This document shows, piece after piece, positions 16,230 to 20,496 of a stretch of 20,496 bases of DNA (positions within the stretch are counted from its first letter, which is position 1; each line of letters starts with the position of its first letter). The DNA is taken from NCBI GenBank assembly GCA_030612025.1, contig JAUWOR010000013.1:1-20496 (forward strand), read 5' to 3'. The notes below the pieces were generated by a model. The model was not told the DNA's origin, made no database searches, and saw only the letters and a program-made list of their open reading frames with translations. The position numbers and the translations under genes are program-made. Origin of the DNA: Dehalococcoidia bacterium. GTDB taxonomy: Bacteria; Chloroflexota; Dehalococcoidia; GIF9; AB-539-J10.

Positions 16230-17183
16230 ATGGAAAGTTACCCTAAAGTCTCCATCATAATCCTCAACTGGAACGGGCTTGAGGATACCATAGAGTGCCT
16301 GGAGTCTCTCAAGAAGATAACTCATCCCAATTACGAGGTTATCGTTGTGGATAATGGCTCCAAGGGAAATGATGCCCAGGTATTACAGGAGAAATTTGGC
16401 GATTATATCCACCTGATTAAGAATGATAAAAATTATGGCTACGCTAAAGGGAATAATATTGGCATTAAATACGTTTTGAATAATTCTTTCCCCGATTATT
16501 TCCTGCTACTTAACAACGACACCGTAGTTGACCCGGAGTTTCTCACTGAACTACTCAAGGTAAGTGACGACGACCCCGCTATTGGTATCGCTGGAGCTAA
16601 GATCTACTATTATAACAATCCTAAGCAGTTGCAATTTGTCTGGGGCAAGCTAGACGTCTGGAGAGGGCAAGTGACTCAAACGCCAAAGGTACTATCAGAG
16701 AAAATTAAGAGCGTGGAGCTAGATAAAGGTCAATACGACCACACTGCGGAAGCCGACTGGGTTACGGGCTGTTGTTTTTTGGTTAAGCGGAGCGTTCTAG
16801 AAGATATTGGCTTGCTCGATGAAAGCTATTTTTCCTATTGGGAGGAGACGGATTATTGCATAAGAGCCAAGAAGGCCAACTATAGAATTGCCTATGTGCC
16901 TAAGGCAAAAGTTTGGCATAAACTGGAGCAATCAGTGAAAAAGGTAACTGGATTTACTCGTTACTTCATGGTGAGAAATCGCTTTCGCTTTATGAGAAAA
17001 CATGCCACCAAATGGCAATATCGCTGTTTCCTGATATACTTTTTTGGCTTTTATTTTTGGCTTGCTACTGTGTATTACCTGATATACCTCCGTAGCCCAA
17101 TGTTACTTGCCAGCTTTCACAGAGCAGTAAGGGATGGACTGTTTAATTCTGAAAGTAGGGCTAGGTTCTATATAAGGGATTAA
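16230..17183 (+). CDS. GT2 glycosyltransferase (WbbL-like)
   Basis: KVSIIILNWNG, VVDNGS, NYGYAKGNN, LLLNNDT, GCCFLV, YWEETDYC. ATG 16230 is preferred over 16077. Confidence 0.92.
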   Translation: MESYPKVSIIILNWNGLEDTIECLESLKKITHPNYEVIVVDNGSKGNDAQVLQEKFGDYIHLIKNDKNYGYAKGNNIGIKYVLNNSFPDYFLLLNNDTVVDPEFLTELLKVSDDDPAIGIAGAKIYYYNNPKQLQFVWGKLDVWRGQVTQTPKVLSEKIKSVELDKGQYDHTAEADWVTGCCFLVKRSVLEDIGLLDESYFSYWEETDYCIRAKKANYRIAYVPKAKVWHKLEQSVKKVTGFTRYFMVRNRFRFMRKHATKWQYRCFLIYFFGFYFWLATVYYLIYLRSPMLLASFHRAVRDGLFNSESRARFYIRD

Positions 17184-17254
17184 TTCCTACCTTGGTACTA
17201 CCACCAGATTACAGTTGTGGTAAAAGTACGCTATAACCGTCCAGTTGCAAAATT

Positions 17255-18424
17255 TCATCCTGCGTTTCTCTTGCTGGAATTCCTTTCCCAAGCCTCAATC
17301 GCCTGCTTGTAGACCTCGAGCGTCTTCTGAGCAATATCATTCCAGGAGAATTTTTCCCTTACCATTCTAGAGGCATTTTCGCCCATTTTGTGTCTCAGCT
17401 TATCATCTTTTAGAAGCTTAATTATAGCTTCAGCTAATGCATTGACGTCTCTGGGTGGAACAAGGAAGCCAGTTCCACCATCTTTTACAATTTCTGGATG
17501 GGGCCCAATGTTAAAGGCAACGACTGGCTTGCCACAGGCCTGAGCTTCTACCAGCGGCAAATTGAAGCCCTCCCACAGACTGGCGGTGGCATAAACATCG
17601 CATGCAGCATAATAGCAAGGTAGCTCCTCGTCCGGGATTTCTCCTGCTATTATCACTGAGTCATCACTCATTTGCTTTATCGTATTTGAGTAAGTGGGAT
17701 ATACATGTTTACCCACTATCATCAACTTAGCATTTGGGAGACTATGCTTAACCAAGCTGAGTGCCTTGATTAAAAGATGGACCGCCTTGTGTGGCCAGAT
17801 TGCCCCAATATATAACAAAAGTGGGGTATTACTTAAATTGTATCTAGCTCTAATCTTTGACCCATCCAGTTCCTTGTGAAATCTCCGCATATCAATGGTA
17901 TTATAAACGACCTTACTATCCAGCCCTGTCCAACTTTTGAGTTGCACTTGCGAGTACTGACTAATCGAAATAGCACCGTCTGCCCTCTTGATTGTCCACC
18001 TTTCTAGAAAAAGCTTCATTTTTGTATAGGCATGTTCTATCAAACCAGAGAATGCTTCCGGTGGGTTGAGGTGGTGATTATAATAGATATACCTGATGCC
18101 GTAGAATCTCCTTGCCAAATATGCCAGCCAGTTCATGGGATATTGATGGGAACATATAACATCGAAATCTTTCAACTTGGGAATACTTTTTATCGCCTTC
18201 ACAAAATTCAAAGGAAAGGTTAAACGAAAGATTCGCTCGGCTAGAAAACTCTGTGGCATTCCTAGAAATTCAAGTGTGACATTTTCAGGTGGCTCCATAT
18301 TTCCCTTAAAGGCAAAAACAGCTACTTTATGCCCCTGCTGGGCAAGGGCATCTGCTTGTCGCCAGGCAACCCTGTCGAGACCTTGGAACTGATATAAGGT
18401 GGGCACTAAGATGGCTATTTTCAT
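17255..18424 (-). CDS. GT4 glycosyltransferase
   Basis: MKIAILVP..., HKAV..LI.A, EGFNLPLVEAQACG. ATG 18424 overlaps the upstream TGA (ATGA). Confidence 0.92.
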   Translation of the reverse strand: MKIAILVPTLYQFQGLDRVAWRQADALAQQGHKVAVFAFKGNMEPPENVTLEFLGMPQSFLAERIFRLTFPLNFVKAIKSIPKLKDFDVICSHQYPMNWLAYLARRFYGIRYIYYNHHLNPPEAFSGLIEHAYTKMKLFLERWTIKRADGAISISQYSQVQLKSWTGLDSKVVYNTIDMRRFHKELDGSKIRARYNLSNTPLLLYIGAIWPHKAVHLLIKALSLVKHSLPNAKLMIVGKHVYPTYSNTIKQMSDDSVIIAGEIPDEELPCYYAACDVYATASLWEGFNLPLVEAQACGKPVVAFNIGPHPEIVKDGGTGFLVPPRDVNALAEAIIKLLKDDKLRHKMGENASRMVREKFSWNDIAQKTLEVYKQAIEAWERNSSKRNAG

Positions 18425-19142
18425 TTTACTTCGCAGCATCGCTTTACCACTTTGAACTCCCAGCCATAACTCATGTATTTGCCAATCTTATGAGCGACTT
18501 GTCTTAAATACTTATGGAATGGGATTTTAGCTACTATTGGAAGGTCTATAAGAGTACACTCTTTTATCTCATAAGCTTCAGAAATCTGAAAACCATTGGT
18601 CTTAAGCAAGTTCTCTATGTGCTGTTTGCTAAATTTTTGCACATGGCTGGAACGACCACGAAGTATTCTCCCACCCCACCTAAATACAATGTCATTAATT
18701 GAATAGCCATTTGCAGCGGTTATGTATAGATTGCCACCCTCTTTCAGCACTCTACTTATCTCACCTAGCACCTTTTCCGGTTTCAGGACATGCTCCAACA
18801 GGTCGTAGCATACCACGCAATCAAATGTTCGACTGCTAAAGGGAATATGTTCAGCATCAGCTACTACCAAATTCGCATTGGGAATGTTCTTTCGGGCATA
18901 TTCAACTAACTGCCTTTCAATGTCCAAGCCATATATGTCCCTAAAGCCATTAGCATATAAAGCAAATAGAGAATTACCAATGCCGCAACCAACATCCAAT
19001 ATATGAATACCCCTTGGGATCCCTCCTATCTCTTGCCCCATCATACCTCTTGCCCCATCATACCTCTGGCCTCATTGCAACGTCCCTTCTTATAATGATC
19101 GATAAACTCCTCTATATTTGTTGGCGTACCTGTTACCGACAT
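18421..19142 (-). CDS. Class I SAM-dependent methyltransferase split by a 17-bp duplication (33-aa leader 19142-19041 plus 207-aa core 19044-18421)
   Basis: ILDVGCGIG, DAEHIPF..FDCV, LLEHV, LKEGG. A GGAGGT site precedes ATG 19142. Removing one repeat unit fuses the two ORFs. Confidence 0.85.
19030..19067. repeat. Exact 17-bp tandem duplication
   Basis: CTCTTGCCCCATCATAC at 19030-19046 and 19047-19063, followed by CTCT. Confidence 0.95.
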
Positions 19143-19149
19143 TTGCTAT

Positions 19150-20067
19150 TTAACCTCCACCGCTCCAATAGTAGCTGTGCAGGCTTAATCGCTTCTTGAG
19201 ACCCAATGGTAGATATTTTTCTCGCTTACCCAAGGATACACCAAAAAACTTAGCTAAGTCATAAAACACGGTATAAGGCAGCCATTTAATATAGCCGTGG
19301 GTCATCAAGAATTTCATCTCACTTTTTGTGTAGGCTAAGCCTTCGCTAGTAAAGTTGCCGAGACTGCATTCTGTTCCAGCAAACTGGTTGAAGGAAACAC
19401 CACTATCGAAATACCTCTGGAACACGGTCTTGAGACTGTAATTGTGGCTGTGGTAAACGGCTGCTTCCGGGTCATAAACTATTTTGTAACCAGCAAGGAG
19501 CACTTTCTTTGCCCATTCCCAGTCCTCACTCATGATTAAGGTATTATCAAAGGGGTATTTCCCCCAGATTTCCTTTCTGATTGCTGAATTGACATTGGAG
19601 AAGAAGATGGTATTCATATCCACTTTTCCCTGCCTGACGCCTTTAACCATTCTGGAGGGGGGATACCTGGTATTCAAAAAGAAGCTCTCCATGGGTCTCG
19701 TGCCTTTCCTGGGAATCTGCCTGCCATAAACACCAGCAACCTTACTATCTTTGAGGTTCCTTATGAGGTTAGAAAGCCATCTATCCGTAGCTGGCACTGC
19801 ATCCTGGGTTAAGAAAACAAGATAGTCACCATTAGCCAGGCTAGCAGCCAGGTTTCTGGTTTTGCCATGACTAAAATCCTCCGGCTTTATCTGATGAACT
19901 TTCGTGGGATGAGTTTGAGCAATCTCCAGAGTATTATCTGTTGAACCAGAGTCCACGACCACTACTTCAAATTTTCCCAGATATTTTTGGGCAAAAATTG
20001 CTTCTAAGGTATCCTGGAAATCACTGCCAGCGTTTTTAGTCAGGATTACGATAGATGCATCGTTCAT
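19150..20067 (-). CDS. GT2 glycosyltransferase, probable rhamnosyltransferase
   Basis: SIVILTKNAG, VVDSGSTD, FSHGKTRN, FLTQDA, YGRQIP, FSNVNSA, VYHSHNYS. Confidence 0.88.
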   Translation of the reverse strand: MNDASIVILTKNAGSDFQDTLEAIFAQKYLGKFEVVVVDSGSTDNTLEIAQTHPTKVHQIKPEDFSHGKTRNLAASLANGDYLVFLTQDAVPATDRWLSNLIRNLKDSKVAGVYGRQIPRKGTRPMESFFLNTRYPPSRMVKGVRQGKVDMNTIFFSNVNSAIRKEIWGKYPFDNTLIMSEDWEWAKKVLLAGYKIVYDPEAAVYHSHNYSLKTVFQRYFDSGVSFNQFAGTECSLGNFTSEGLAYTKSEMKFLMTHGYIKWLPYTVFYDLAKFFGVSLGKREKYLPLGLKKRLSLHSYYWSGGG

Positions 20068-20082
20068 CAAATTAGTCTCTCT

Positions 20083-20284
20083 TTAGCAAATAGAGGAAAT
20101 TTTGGAGGCCATCTCACTATTGTACTCATCTCTACGAAGGCTATGGGACTTACAGGTAACATAGACCTCAAATGCCAATTTTATCAGCTTCCGAGATATT
20201 TCCTCAGCGAAAGTTTCCGCTCCCCCCATACTTTGCGGGTATGCCCCGCGAACCTACCAAAGCTATTTTCAGAGCTCCAGCCAT
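20083..20284 (-). pseudogene. Orphan, frameshifted 5' stub of a DUF1972/WchF-like GT4 glycosyltransferase
   Basis: MAGALKIALVGSRGIPAKYGG, then one extra G in a G6 run (20222-20227), then AETFAEEISRKLIKLAFEVYVTC... with a stop after about 66 codons. Confidence 0.85.
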
Positions 20285-20286
20285 GG

Positions 20287-20496
20287 TTATCTCGCCGGGT
20301 CTAGAAAATAGTTCAACTGGTCGTTGATTATATCTTTAAGACTATACTTTATTTGAAAGCCAAGCTTGCGAATCTTGCTTGTACTACATAACAAGATAGG
20401 AACTTCCGCTGGCCGGAATCTCTCTCGGTCAAACTCTATAGTGACCTCACCTTTGCTAGTGGTAACAGCAATCCCCATATCAGAGGGATAAAACTC
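20287..20496 (-). CDS. 3' end of a GDP-mannose 4,6-dehydratase-like SDR (partial)
   Basis: FDRERFRPAEVPILL...KIRKLGF...SLKDIINDQL; the frame is open to the window edge. Confidence 0.75.
   Translation of the reverse strand, partial: EFYPSDMGIAVTTSKGEVTIEFDRERFRPAEVPILLCSTSKIRKLGFQIKYSLKDIINDQLNYFLDPAR

Noticed and set aside
20235-20258. REP-like hairpin GTAGGTTCGCGGGGCATACCCGC on the minus strand
   Set aside because: Better explained as the coding sequence VGSRGIPA of the GT stub.

Overview
A 20.5-kb slice of a cell-surface glycan biosynthesis locus. It holds rfbA/B/D/C (dTDP-L-rhamnose), ugd, a flippase, GT2 and GT4 glycosyltransferases, three SAM methyltransferases, a frameshifted DUF2206-like membrane protein with a downstream lipoprotein, and the 3' end of a GDP-mannose 4,6-dehydratase-like gene. 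The gene mix resembles Dehalococcoidia/Chloroflexota, but that is inference only. The locus is strongly mosaic: four type II toxin-antitoxin-like pairs, a four-helix-bundle gene with short tandem repeat arrays, a MITE with an 8-bp target duplication, and three palindromic repeat families sit between the genes. The most notable pattern, which the ORF track misses, is at least seven orphan gene-end stubs at module junctions. Two are 3' ends (four-helix gene, rfbD) and five are 5' ends (ugd, a flippase, two GT2s, a DUF1972-type GT). Three stubs match an intact gene on the other side of an inserted module at the DNA level, which suggests repeated module swapping anchored on conserved gene ends. 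No rRNA, tRNA, CRISPR array, integrase or transposase was seen. Family names come from motif recognition, not database searches, and all counts were made by hand.
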